64,000 nt of DNA from an uncultured Spirochaetia bacterium (GTDB lineage Bacteria > Spirochaetota > Spirochaetia > CAZBHR01): NCBI GenBank assembly GCA_964492025.1, contig CAZBHR010000001.1, positions 241,603-305,602 on the forward strand, in the 5' to 3' direction. Each line of letters begins with the position of its first letter. Position 1 is the first letter of the stretch. The position numbers were made by a program, and so were the translations under genes. Under the pieces are notes generated by a model. It was not told the origin of the DNA, made no database searches, and saw only the letters and a program-made list of their open reading frames with translations. This document shows, piece after piece, positions 1 to 9,641 of this stretch.

Positions 1-715
1 GACCAAGGTCCACCGCTTTATCAATCCAAGGAATAAGACTCCCTGCCAGTGGAACGCCAAATAAATCAACAGGAAAGGAACCTCCCCTCATAGTAGAAAT
101 AATCTGTCTATCAATATCAAGAATCGTAGCAGCGGGATCTTCTAAAAGATTCCCAGCAGTATCATGAAACATACCCATCTGAGCAATTAGCTCTCGCATA
201 TTTTGGGCACCTCCACCAGAGGCAGCTTGGTAAGTCATAGAAGATACCCATTCTACGAGGTTCTCACGAAACAGTCCACCAATAGCCATAAGCATAAGGC
301 TAACCGTACAGTTACCCCCAATATAGTTTTTCACTCCCCGCTCTAACCCTGAGGTAATAACATCTAAGTTCACTGGATCTAATACAATAATTGCAGAGCT
401 ATCCATACGCAATGTTGATGCAGCATCAATCCAATATCCATCCCACCCTGAATCCCGTAGCTTTCCGTACATTTCAGAGGTATAATCTCCTCCTTGGCAG
501 GAGACTAGGATATCCATCTCTCTGAGATGGTCCATATCAAAGGCATCATATAAATGAGGATTCTGTACTCCAGGAAATTGTGGAGCAACACCACCAATCT
601 GGGAGGTACTGAAAAAAGTAGGCTCACATGTCGAAAAGTCACCCTCTGCAACCATTCGCTCCATTAAAACAGACCCAACCATACCACGCCATCCGACAAT
701 CCCTACTCTCTTCAT
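1..715 (-). CDS. asd: Aspartate-semialdehyde dehydrogenase (3' end runs off the window)
   Basis: Not in the ORF track. Manual minus-strand translation from the ATG at 715 gives [21 protein letters not shown], the Asd N-terminal NADP-binding signature. SD (GGAG) upstream. Confidence 0.93.
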   Translation of the reverse strand, partial: MKRVGIVGWRGMVGSVLMERMVAEGDFSTCEPTFFSTSQIGGVAPQFPGVQNPHLYDAFDMDHLREMDILVSCQGGDYTSEMYGKLRDSGWDGYWIDAASTLRMDSSAIIVLDPVNLDVITSGLERGVKNYIGGNCTVSLMLMAIGGLFRENLVEWVSSMTYQAASGGGAQNMRELIAQMGMFHDTAGNLLEDPAATILDIDRQIISTMRGGSFPVDLFGVPLAGSLIPWIDKAVDLG

Positions 716-922
716 CACTTCCTCCTTAATATATATTGAGCCCATAGTAACGAATTTTTTCTTTCGTGTGAACCTATTTTGCTAACAAAAAGTTATTTTA
801 TTAACAAAATGTTTTAAAATGACCATAAAGGGGTGAGAAAAAATAAAAAAACTCCTTGTAATTAGTGGAAGAGATATTTATACTTGTACTAGGCTGTTAT
901 AGAAAACAGACAGGAGGCATGC

Positions 923-1819
923 ATGATAAGTGCTAAAAACCTTTTTTTTACCTACCGCAGTGGACGGGGAGTTTTTGATATAAACTTCTCTATTTCTGAA
1001 GGAGAGGTATTTGGATTTCTCGGACCAAATGGAGCAGGTAAAACCACAACCATTCGTACCCTATTGGGATTTTTAAAACCGAAGATGGGTGAAGCTACTA
1101 TTAACGGGTATAGCTGCTGGGAAAAGCACCATAAAACAAATCAATCTATTGGGTACCTTCCTGGGGAAGCTGCATATTTAGAAAATATGACAGGTCTTCA
1201 GTACCTTAAATATGTACAAGATCTTCAAGGTGGTCGACGCCTATCAAATAAAAGACGAGATGATCTCATAGAACGCTTCTCTCTTGAGCCTGGTATGAAA
1301 ATAAAAAGAATGTCTAAGGGTAATAAGCAAAAGATAGGCATAGTTGCCGCCTTTATGCACGACCCTGCAGTATACATATTAGATGAGCCTACAAGCGGAC
1401 TAGACCCTCTCATGCAACACTCTTTTGTGGAGCTTGTGAAGGAGGAGCGACAAAGAGGAAAAACTATGCTCATATCTTCTCACCTGTTTGAGGAAATTGA
1501 TAGAACCTCTGACCGCGTTGGGATTATTCGAGATGGTAAAATTGTACTCATGGAAGATATCTCTGTAATGAAAGAGAAACAGCAAGCTATTATCCACGCA
1601 GAACTTCGTAGCGAGGAAGATGTCAAAAAATTACAAAAAGCAAGAAACCTAACAGTTACTGTTATGGAAGATAGAAAAGTTGCCATTGAGTTTCAAGGAG
1701 ACTACGCTTACGCACTCTCTCGATTATCCGTATGTAATGTGGTTGAGATGTCTATTACAGAACCCTCTTTGGAGGATATCTTTTTCCGGTATTATCAGAA
1801 GGAGGCAATTAATGAATAG
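923..1819 (+). CDS. ABC-2 type exporter ATP-binding subunit
   Basis: Walker A GPNGAGKTT, signature MSKGNKQK, Walker B ILDEP, H-loop SSH. SD GGAGG. Confidence 0.93.
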   Translation: MISAKNLFFTYRSGRGVFDINFSISEGEVFGFLGPNGAGKTTTIRTLLGFLKPKMGEATINGYSCWEKHHKTNQSIGYLPGEAAYLENMTGLQYLKYVQDLQGGRRLSNKRRDDLIERFSLEPGMKIKRMSKGNKQKIGIVAAFMHDPAVYILDEPTSGLDPLMQHSFVELVKEERQRGKTMLISSHLFEEIDRTSDRVGIIRDGKIVLMEDISVMKEKQQAIIHAELRSEEDVKKLQKARNLTVTVMEDRKVAIEFQGDYAYALSRLSVCNVVEMSITEPSLEDIFFRYYQKEAINE

Positions 1820-2606
1820 TACGATAATGAGAATAAACATAAGAGAGAATCGACTCTTTTTTATTATATTTGTGGCGATTCTTATGATGTACGCCTCAAT
1901 CATATCGAGTATGTATGATCCTGTGACTATTGAATCCATGTACGGGATGCTTGAATCTATGCCAGGATTTGCTTCTGCTGTTGGGTTTAATGTAATACCA
2001 ACAGATCTTGTATCATTTTTTGGAAATTACCTTTTTCAATTTATCTTTATCATATTTCCTATGATCTATATTGTAATCTTGGGGAATAGACTTGTGGCAC
2101 GGCATGTGGATAAAGGAAGCTTAGCATCATTCTTATCAACTCCTCTTAAAAGAGGAACCTTTATTCGTACCCAAGCAATTACTATGATATTTTCCACCAT
2201 AGCTTTAATGCTGATTGCCTGGATTACCCTACTCCTTATATCAAAAAGAATGTATCCAAATCAGTTAGATGTGGAACCCTTTTTAATGCTCTGTGCTGGA
2301 GCGATTCTCCTTCTACTCTTCTTAGGTGCTATATCCTTCTTTTTCTCCACCCTCTGTAGTGAAACAAAAACATCTCTCACCTTTGGAGCAGGTATCCCCA
2401 TAGTGTTCTTTCTTATGGATATGATAGGGAGAGTTGGTGACAAATTTTCATTCTTTACAAAACTCACCCCCTTTGGGCTATTTAGCATCTCCTCAATCCT
2501 TGCAGGAGAATCTCAAACAGTTCCATTTATTATTCTAGGTGGAGGAACCCTACTCCTCTATGTTCTCAGTTTTATAATCTTCAAACGAAAAAATTTAGTT
2601 ATGTAA
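1812..2606 (+). CDS. ABC-2 type permease
   Basis: About six hydrophobic segments. The start is moved from the track's 1680 to the ATG at 1812 (SD GGAGG), which overlaps the ATPase stop. Confidence 0.85.
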   Translation: MNSTIMRINIRENRLFFIIFVAILMMYASIISSMYDPVTIESMYGMLESMPGFASAVGFNVIPTDLVSFFGNYLFQFIFIIFPMIYIVILGNRLVARHVDKGSLASFLSTPLKRGTFIRTQAITMIFSTIALMLIAWITLLLISKRMYPNQLDVEPFLMLCAGAILLLLFLGAISFFFSTLCSETKTSLTFGAGIPIVFFLMDMIGRVGDKFSFFTKLTPFGLFSISSILAGESQTVPFIILGGGTLLLYVLSFIIFKRKNLVM

Positions 2607-2624
2607 TACAAGTTCATACCATAT

Positions 2625-2660
2625 AAAAAAGCCCGTGACTCTCATCACGGGCTTTTCTTT
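2625..2660. terminator. Bidirectional intrinsic terminator
   Basis: A6-GCCCGTGA-ctctca-TCACGGGC-TTTTCTTT between convergent genes. Confidence 0.85.
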
Positions 2661-2682
2661 TACACAAAATTTATTATAAGGA

Positions 2683-3882
2683 TTATTCCTCTAAAGCAGA
2701 AACAGCTTCAAGGTGACCCAAAATAATATCGGAACAGGTGTTTTTCTCAAACCGTACAATTTTCATCTCACGCGCTGCATTTTCCGCAGAGTCTGAAGCG
2801 TGGGCGGTATTTACCATAACGTCGGTTCCAAACTCACGTCGAATAGTTCCTCCTGGTGCTTCTAATGGGTTTGTAGGCCCAAGCACCTCTCTAATTTTGG
2901 AAACCGCATTTTCACCCTCATAAATAAGTACCATACACTTTTGTAGTCCTGGTTTATCGTATTCCGATGGATCAAATAGATCAGGTCGTCTCCCTGTCAT
3001 AAACTCTACAATTTGGTAAAACTGATCCTTTGCAACCTCTACCCCAAAGGAGTCAATTAAACTTTGACGAACCTCTGGCGATACGGGAATATTAAATTTT
3101 TTGGAAAGGTAGTCCGCAGCTTTCTCTCCAAAACGAGGGCTCAGTTTGTTTTTCAAAGCGTCCTCTACGGGACCGTAAAACTCAAGAGCTTCGTTTAGGG
3201 TCATCCTAAGCACCTTTGTACCAATAATTCTTAACCCAGTTCGGCTGAACATATCAATGATGGTACCAGGCCTAGAACTTGCGTATTTCCAGTTATCAGG
3301 TTTAATAATAACTAGGGTTCTTTCAATTTTCTTAGGGTCTGGGTAGGTAATATTCTCAACAATCGTAGGCTGATCTTTCATAAAATCACCGAGTAATTTA
3401 AGAATAGCACTTCCCGTATCTTTATACTTAGGAGTTAAAATACCTGGCTCAAAGTATACTACCCTATCTCTATCACTTGGATCAAGAACAAAGTCCCCAT
3501 AGGTATCTCTGATAGTCTCACCAGTGTAGTCCCATAAAGAGTACTCACCCTGATACAAAGAACCGGCAACCTGTGCCAACTTTTCGTGGGCTCGGTCACC
3601 CTTAAATAAAAGAACCAATACACGGTGTTTTCGTCCACCACTGGGTCCTAATCCACGAACAATATAATCTCGTAACAACTTAGCAGCACGGGGATTTCGT
3701 TCCTTGCTGGTTTCCCAAACAATGTTTGCATAATTCTGGGCAAACTCTTCTGTGGGAGCTATCATTTGAGCTCCAACCAATTCCAGGTCAATCTGGGAAA
3801 GTAGTCGTGATAATACACCACCAATTCGACTTTTTGCAATCGTATAGGGTGTAATAATGAGATAAGAGAGATCTGTCTGCAT
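2683..3882 (-). CDS. ndk: Nucleoside-diphosphate kinase with tandem NDK domains
   Basis: C-terminal domain has RTLVIIKPD, GPTNP, TIRREFG and NTAHASDS (catalytic His). N-terminal domain is NDK-like (IITPYTIAKS, ETIRDTYG). Start at 3882 follows SD GGAGG. Confidence 0.85.
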   Translation of the reverse strand: MQTDLSYLIITPYTIAKSRIGGVLSRLLSQIDLELVGAQMIAPTEEFAQNYANIVWETSKERNPRAAKLLRDYIVRGLGPSGGRKHRVLVLLFKGDRAHEKLAQVAGSLYQGEYSLWDYTGETIRDTYGDFVLDPSDRDRVVYFEPGILTPKYKDTGSAILKLLGDFMKDQPTIVENITYPDPKKIERTLVIIKPDNWKYASSRPGTIIDMFSRTGLRIIGTKVLRMTLNEALEFYGPVEDALKNKLSPRFGEKAADYLSKKFNIPVSPEVRQSLIDSFGVEVAKDQFYQIVEFMTGRRPDLFDPSEYDKPGLQKCMVLIYEGENAVSKIREVLGPTNPLEAPGGTIRREFGTDVMVNTAHASDSAENAAREMKIVRFEKNTCSDIILGHLEAVSALEE

Positions 3883-3947
3883 GTGATGCCCCTCCAAAGG
3901 CTTTCCCATGTTACCGAATTCACCTTCATAAGGTCAATATAAAAAGA

Positions 3948-3976
3948 GTGACAACCGACAGAGTAAGTGATATAAT
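3948..3976 (+). promoter_or_regulatory. Sigma70-type promoter, leaderless layout
   Basis: GTGACA-17 nt-TATAAT, then 7 nt to the ATG at 3984; no SD. Confidence 0.65.
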
Positions 3977-3983
3977 ATGAGTC

Positions 3984-6923
3984 ATGAGTAGGATACAATT
4001 TGATATTACCCCATTTCAACAACTTATGAATAAAAGAATCAAGGAGATTCTTCTTGTCTGTAGCGATTACGATATCTTTATGTTAGAGGAAGATGGACGT
4101 ATAGAGGAAGAGCTCTTTGAAGAGTACTCATCATTGGGGCTTACAAGTCCTCCAAAAATTGTACGAACATCTAATGGGGAAAATGCCTTTGCCCTTCTAA
4201 AGGAGAATCATTTTGACCTTGTTATTACCATGCTTAATCTGGGAGAGACCGGTGTAGTAGATCTAGCAGAGGAGATTCGTCAGGTATACCCAAAACAACC
4301 AATTGTTGTTCTCTCCCCTATGATTCCAACAGAGATTACGATGAAACGGTTACATATGGCAACTTCAGAGCACTTTCAAGGAAGTAAAGTAAACCACTTT
4401 TTTACGTGGCAGGGGAACTCAAATATCCTTTTAGCCATGGTAAAGCTTCTTGAAGATGAGATGAACGCTCCCTACGATGTAGAGGAGTTTGGGGTGCAAA
4501 CAATTATTCTTGTAGAGGACTCTGTTCGGTACTACTCAATGTATCTGCCTATGATGTATAGAGTACTCATTAAACAGGCAAGATCTCTGATGAATGAGGG
4601 GCTTACCAAGTGGGAACGGGCTCTTAGACTGCGAAGCCGTCCAAAAATTCTTCTTGCTCGAAACTACGAAGAGGCACTCAATCTATATGATAGGTATAAA
4701 AACAACCTTCTAGGGATTGTTTCTGATATATCATACTTTCAGAATGGACAGAGAAACAATGAAGCGGGTATTCAGCTTGCTACATATATCCGAAAAGAGA
4801 ACAAAGAGCTCCCTATCCTTCTGCAATCATCTAATGAAAACCATAGGGCTGCTGCTGAACAGTGCGAAGCATCATTCTTGTACAAAAAATCAAAGAGACT
4901 TTTACGAGAGCTTGCTTCCTTTATTGAACAAAACTTTGGGTTTGGACCATTTATCTTTCGCAATCCAAAAACAGGAGCCCCTATTGCTGAAGCAGAAACC
5001 CTAAGAGATTTACAGCACACTCTAAAAACTATTGATATATCCTCATTCCGATACCATGTAAGCAATCACCATATTTCGCGATGGCTTAAAGCGAGAGCTC
5101 TCTTCTCTCTGGCAAAGTATATTAGAAATACGGGATTAGACAGAACTCCCGATGCAGAGGACTTGAGAACCCTTCTTGTGAATGCTATTAGGGAGTACCG
5201 AGTTCAGGAGAGTCGAGGGAAAATTGCCCACTTTTCTAGGGACCACTTTGATGAGGCCCTATCTTTCTCTCGTATTGGATATGGATCATTAGGCGGAAAA
5301 GGACGGGGACTCGCCTTTATAGATAACCAGTTATCAAACTCCCCTATTCACAATGAGTTTTCCAACATCTCTATAGGCATACCCAAAACCGTGGTAATTA
5401 CTACCGACCAATTTGACTCCTTTATTCAGCAAAACCGTCTCTATTCAGAACACCTTGACCAGCTTACGGATAGTGAAATTCTAGAAAAATTTCGCCAAGG
5501 AGTACTCCCTCAAGACCTTATTGAGGATATGGGTCACCTTATTTCTATGGTAGAAGGGCCTTTAGCGGTTCGGTCGTCAAGCCTTCTAGAGGACTCCTAT
5601 ATGCAACCATTTGCAGGAATCTACGATACAAAAATTATCCCAAACAACGAAGAGCAGCGTGAGGATAGACTCCAAAGACTCCTCACTGCTATTAAAGAGG
5701 TGTACGCATCTACCTTCTTCAAGGAGAGCCGAGAGTACCTGATTGCAACAAACCATGTGCCAGAAGAGGAAAAAATGGCGGTTATTGTGCAAAGTGCTAC
5801 GGCAAAACAGTATGATACTATTGCCTATCCTGCAATCTCTGGTGTGGCTCGCTCAATCAACTACTATCCTATGGATCATGAGCAGCCGGAAGATGGAATT
5901 GCCTATATAGCCTTTGGTTTTGGAAAGGCCATTGTAGAGGGCGAACGAGGCTTTCGATTTTCTCCTGCTAACCCAAAAAGAGCTTTGCAGCTTACCGATA
6001 TACAAGAGGCCCTACGCACCACACAAAAGGAGTTTTATGCTCTTGATATGAGCAATCAGCAAGATACGGTTCAGCATGATGGTGCATTGATAGCAATTCC
6101 CATAGATAAGGCTCCTGTTGACCCAGCCCTCGGTAGTGTGGCATCCAGTTATGACCCCTATAGTGGGCAGTTAAGAGATGGGATTATGCCAAAAACTCAG
6201 AGGGTACTCACCTTTGCGGGAGTTCTTAAATACGAGGTATTTCCTCTGGCAAAGATTCTTCAAAAAGCCCTTGAGTTTGGCCGAGCCAAGATGAACACCC
6301 ATGTTGAGATTGAGTTCTCTGTTCAAATTGACCCTAAGGAGATGAGGTTTAATTTTCTTCAACTCCGTCCAATCATGTCCGATGATCAGCGAGGAACTGT
6401 AGAGATTCCCTCTTATATAGACCCAACAAATCTTATTACCCGTTCTCAAAGAAGCATGGGTAATGGAACGTACAGATCCCAACACATTGTATTTGTGAAC
6501 CCCACAACATTTGATCCTGCTCATACAAAGGGTATGGCTGAAACCATAGGCAAGATAAATGAACAGCTCCTAAATGAAGGGTACATACTTATTGCCCCTG
6601 GCCGATTGGGCTCAAGAGATCCATGGCTTGGAATACCGTGTACATGGGGTCAGATAAGAGGTGCTGCGGTAATTGTAGAACTTCAGTATAAGGGGTTTCA
6701 TATTGAGGCAAGCCAAGGAACACACTTTTTCCAAAATCTAACCTCCATGCGAAGAGGATATATGACTGTTGATATGGAAGCTTCTGATGAAACACTCTCT
6801 CAAGACACTTTATCAAAGGGAACTGTACTGTTCCAAGATAATTATGTGACCCATATTCAGTTTGATCAGCCTGTAACTGCTCAAATAGATGGGAGAACAC
6901 GAGAGGGAGTTATCTCCTTATAA
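3984..6923 (+). CDS. Receiver domains fused to a PEP-synthase/PPDK-type ATP-grasp domain; function unknown
   Basis: Two receiver-like segments (ILLVCSD...DLVITM; IILVEDS...IVSD...LLQSS...YKK). PPDK_N motifs LGGKGRGL and AVRSSSLLEDS..FAG.Y.T. C-terminal PGRLGSRDPWLGIP...SQGTHFFQNL. Confidence 0.8.
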   Translation: MSRIQFDITPFQQLMNKRIKEILLVCSDYDIFMLEEDGRIEEELFEEYSSLGLTSPPKIVRTSNGENAFALLKENHFDLVITMLNLGETGVVDLAEEIRQVYPKQPIVVLSPMIPTEITMKRLHMATSEHFQGSKVNHFFTWQGNSNILLAMVKLLEDEMNAPYDVEEFGVQTIILVEDSVRYYSMYLPMMYRVLIKQARSLMNEGLTKWERALRLRSRPKILLARNYEEALNLYDRYKNNLLGIVSDISYFQNGQRNNEAGIQLATYIRKENKELPILLQSSNENHRAAAEQCEASFLYKKSKRLLRELASFIEQNFGFGPFIFRNPKTGAPIAEAETLRDLQHTLKTIDISSFRYHVSNHHISRWLKARALFSLAKYIRNTGLDRTPDAEDLRTLLVNAIREYRVQESRGKIAHFSRDHFDEALSFSRIGYGSLGGKGRGLAFIDNQLSNSPIHNEFSNISIGIPKTVVITTDQFDSFIQQNRLYSEHLDQLTDSEILEKFRQGVLPQDLIEDMGHLISMVEGPLAVRSSSLLEDSYMQPFAGIYDTKIIPNNEEQREDRLQRLLTAIKEVYASTFFKESREYLIATNHVPEEEKMAVIVQSATAKQYDTIAYPAISGVARSINYYPMDHEQPEDGIAYIAFGFGKAIVEGERGFRFSPANPKRALQLTDIQEALRTTQKEFYALDMSNQQDTVQHDGALIAIPIDKAPVDPALGSVASSYDPYSGQLRDGIMPKTQRVLTFAGVLKYEVFPLAKILQKALEFGRAKMNTHVEIEFSVQIDPKEMRFNFLQLRPIMSDDQRGTVEIPSYIDPTNLITRSQRSMGNGTYRSQHIVFVNPTTFDPAHTKGMAETIGKINEQLLNEGYILIAPGRLGSRDPWLGIPCTWGQIRGAAVIVELQYKGFHIEASQGTHFFQNLTSMRRGYMTVDMEASDETLSQDTLSKGTVLFQDNYVTHIQFDQPVTAQIDGRTREGVISL

Positions 6924-6959
6924 TACCTTTTCATCAATATCACTTTTCACTGGAGTCAT

Positions 6960-6990
6960 AAAAAAAAGCGTCCTTTTGGACGCTTTTCTC
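6960..6990. terminator. Bidirectional intrinsic terminator
   Basis: A-run, AAGCGTCC-tttt-GGACGCTT, TTCTC between convergent genes. Confidence 0.85.
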
Positions 6991-7005
6991 TATAATTAAA
7001 TTGCC

Positions 7006-7695
7006 TTACTTCTGGGAGTCCAGAAAATAGTTCCAAAGGGGATCCCTTGGAGGGTCTGCCACAAAGGTAATATTCTCTTTAGTGATAGGATGTGGTATGG
7101 TTAAGGCACGGGCATGTAACGCAATTCCCCCACCCCTATTAGAACGGGGTGCTCCATACTTCAAGTCACCCTTAATAGGAAGACCAATAGCCGCAAGCTG
7201 CGCCCTAATCTGATGGTGTCGCCCAGTAAGTAGCTCAATCTCTAGGAGGTAATAATGCTGAGAAGCACCAATCACCTTATACGTAAGCTTAGCCTCTTGT
7301 CGATCCTTTCCTGGTTTTGTAGTAGCAGTAGACCTATTGGTTGTGGTGTTCCTTTTCAGGTAGTGCACAAGCTCGCCCTTCTCCTGAGGTGGCATCTCTG
7401 CAACTACCGCCCAATACACCTTTTTCACCTTTCGTTCAGCAAAGGCCACTGCAACCCGAGAGAGAGCTTTCTCTGTTCGGGTGTATACAACTACACCACT
7501 GGTGGGACGATCAAGCCTATGAGGAATGCCTAAAAATACATTTCCTGGCTTTTTGTATTTCTTTTTAAGGTACTCCTTTACCATATCAGAGAGAGGTTGA
7601 TCCCCTGTCTTATCTCCCTGAACAATTTGTGATGGTAGCTTATTCACTACCACCAAGTGGTTATCTTCATAAAGTACCTCATTAGTAAATGCCAT
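7006..7695 (-). CDS. RluA-family RNA pseudouridine synthase
   Basis: VVNKLP, HRLDRPTSG (catalytic Asp), TGRHHQIRAQL, GDLKYG. Confidence 0.92.
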   Translation of the reverse strand: MAFTNEVLYEDNHLVVVNKLPSQIVQGDKTGDQPLSDMVKEYLKKKYKKPGNVFLGIPHRLDRPTSGVVVYTRTEKALSRVAVAFAERKVKKVYWAVVAEMPPQEKGELVHYLKRNTTTNRSTATTKPGKDRQEAKLTYKVIGASQHYYLLEIELLTGRHHQIRAQLAAIGLPIKGDLKYGAPRSNRGGGIALHARALTIPHPITKENITFVADPPRDPLWNYFLDSQK

Positions 7696-7697
7696 AC

Positions 7698-9641
7698 TTA
7701 TTGCCCTTTTCCCTTTGGAGTAGATCGTATTACACTAATTTTCATAGATTGAACAATCTTGTTGGAGAGCCTCACTCCTCCTGCTTTCACACCCTTTACA
7801 AGGTATTTATCAGAAGTAAATCGCTCTTCAGTCTTTCTCATCCCAGGAGTTTTTTTGTACTTGAGAATAATTGCCAAATTCTCCTGTGCAGACACCTTTA
7901 CCAGCTTCCCTTCTGGGGGTACCAAGTTGTACTCTTTATTAAGAATATACTGACTGATGGCACACCGTTTTATGTACATACAACCATTCTCTTTGTTTAA
8001 ATAAAGAATAGTAAGTACATGATTTGCGAGAATCTCCTTATCAGCAATACAGGAAAGGGCTAAACTCTTATCAACAAAAAGTACATCAGGAAGGTCAGTA
8101 ACATAATAGGTTCCATCACTTCGCACAATAAGAATTCTATCGTACTGTGACGCTTTGTACAGCTCAACAGCTTGATCACTTTTTACATTATGCCCTAAAT
8201 ATCCTGTTGATTTATCATACTTTACAGATAAGTCTCGTATTGCCACTTGTCGAGCTTCAATCTTATCAAAAGATCCCATCTCTGTTTTACGTACAAACTC
8301 TGTAGCAACATCTTTTCTTAGGTTTGTAAGGAACCCTAGTGCGTACTTAACAATGTTTGCAAGATGTTTTCGAATCTCTTCAATTCGAGCATTAATCTCC
8401 TCAATCTCTTTTTTCGCTTTCTCTATATCATAAAGAGAGATTCTCCGTATTGGAATTTTTAAGAGACGCTCAATATCCTCATCATCTAGGGGACGGAGAA
8501 GCTCAGCTGCAAATGGCTCAAACCCTTTATACACCGTAGCAACTACTCCATCTCGAGTTTTCTCTTTTTCGATTCTCTTATAGATACCCTCTTCAATAAA
8601 TATTCTCTCTAAGGTACGGGCGTGCAGACGATCTAAGAGGTGCTGCAACTCATTTTCCAGCTCACGAGTAAGTACATCTACTAACTGAGTGGCATGATGC
8701 TTAATAACCTCAGTAACAGTCATAACTGCAGGAAGTCCATCTCTAATTACCAGAAGATTTACAGAGATACTTGCTTCACAATCGGTAAACGCATAAAGAG
8801 CATCAGCAAGATCGGTTACAGAAACTCCATTTTCTGGAATAACCTCAATATTTACATCCTCTGTGGTAAAATCGTTTATCTTCTTGATTTTTACTTTTTT
8901 TCGCTTTGCAGCACTCTCAATAGAGGTAATAAGGGATTCAGTTGTAACACCGTAGGGAACTTCCTGAATAATAACTTTTTTAGGGTCACTAAGATCCATC
9001 TTTGCCCGAACAGAAACCTTTCCCAATCCATCCTTATACTCGGAAACATCCATATGCCCACCGGTAGGAAAATCAGGAAATAGCTGAAAGGATTTCTTTT
9101 TAAGTACAGCAGATACCGCATCAATAACTTCAACAATATTGTGGGGCAAGATTTTTGTTGCCATTCCTACGGCAATACCCTCTGCACCTTGAATAATAAC
9201 CAATGGAAGTTTTGCAGGGAACGCAACTGGCTCATTATTTCTTCCATCGTAGGACTCTGTCCACTCCGTAAGCTCAGGGTTAAAGAGAATTCTCTTTGCA
9301 AATGGTCTAATCCGACACTCAATATATCGTGCTGCAGATGCTTCATCTCCCGTAAGAATGTTACCAAAGTTTCCCTGCTTATCAATAAAGAGTTCCTTAT
9401 TAGCTAACACAACAAGGGCAGAGTAAATAGAAGCGTCTCCGTGGGGGTGGTACTTCATACAGTGCCCTACAACATTGGCTACCTTGTGAAACTTTCCATC
9501 GTCCATCTCAAAGAGCGAGTGTAAAATTCTTCGTTGAACCGGTTTCATTCCATCAATAAGTTCAGGAATGGCTCGATCCTTAATAACGTAAGAAGCGTAC
9601 TCTAAAAAATTTTCTTTATATAGTTTTTTAACGTATGCCAT
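7698..9641 (-). CDS. parC: DNA topoisomerase IV subunit A (spirochaete type)
   Basis: DGMKPVQRR, YHPHGDASIY, AARYIE (catalytic Tyr); 647 aa with a short C-terminal region. Confidence 0.9.
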   Translation of the reverse strand: MAYVKKLYKENFLEYASYVIKDRAIPELIDGMKPVQRRILHSLFEMDDGKFHKVANVVGHCMKYHPHGDASIYSALVVLANKELFIDKQGNFGNILTGDEASAARYIECRIRPFAKRILFNPELTEWTESYDGRNNEPVAFPAKLPLVIIQGAEGIAVGMATKILPHNIVEVIDAVSAVLKKKSFQLFPDFPTGGHMDVSEYKDGLGKVSVRAKMDLSDPKKVIIQEVPYGVTTESLITSIESAAKRKKVKIKKINDFTTEDVNIEVIPENGVSVTDLADALYAFTDCEASISVNLLVIRDGLPAVMTVTEVIKHHATQLVDVLTRELENELQHLLDRLHARTLERIFIEEGIYKRIEKEKTRDGVVATVYKGFEPFAAELLRPLDDEDIERLLKIPIRRISLYDIEKAKKEIEEINARIEEIRKHLANIVKYALGFLTNLRKDVATEFVRKTEMGSFDKIEARQVAIRDLSVKYDKSTGYLGHNVKSDQAVELYKASQYDRILIVRSDGTYYVTDLPDVLFVDKSLALSCIADKEILANHVLTILYLNKENGCMYIKRCAISQYILNKEYNLVPPEGKLVKVSAQENLAIILKYKKTPGMRKTEERFTSDKYLVKGVKAGGVRLSNKIVQSMKISVIRSTPKGKGQ

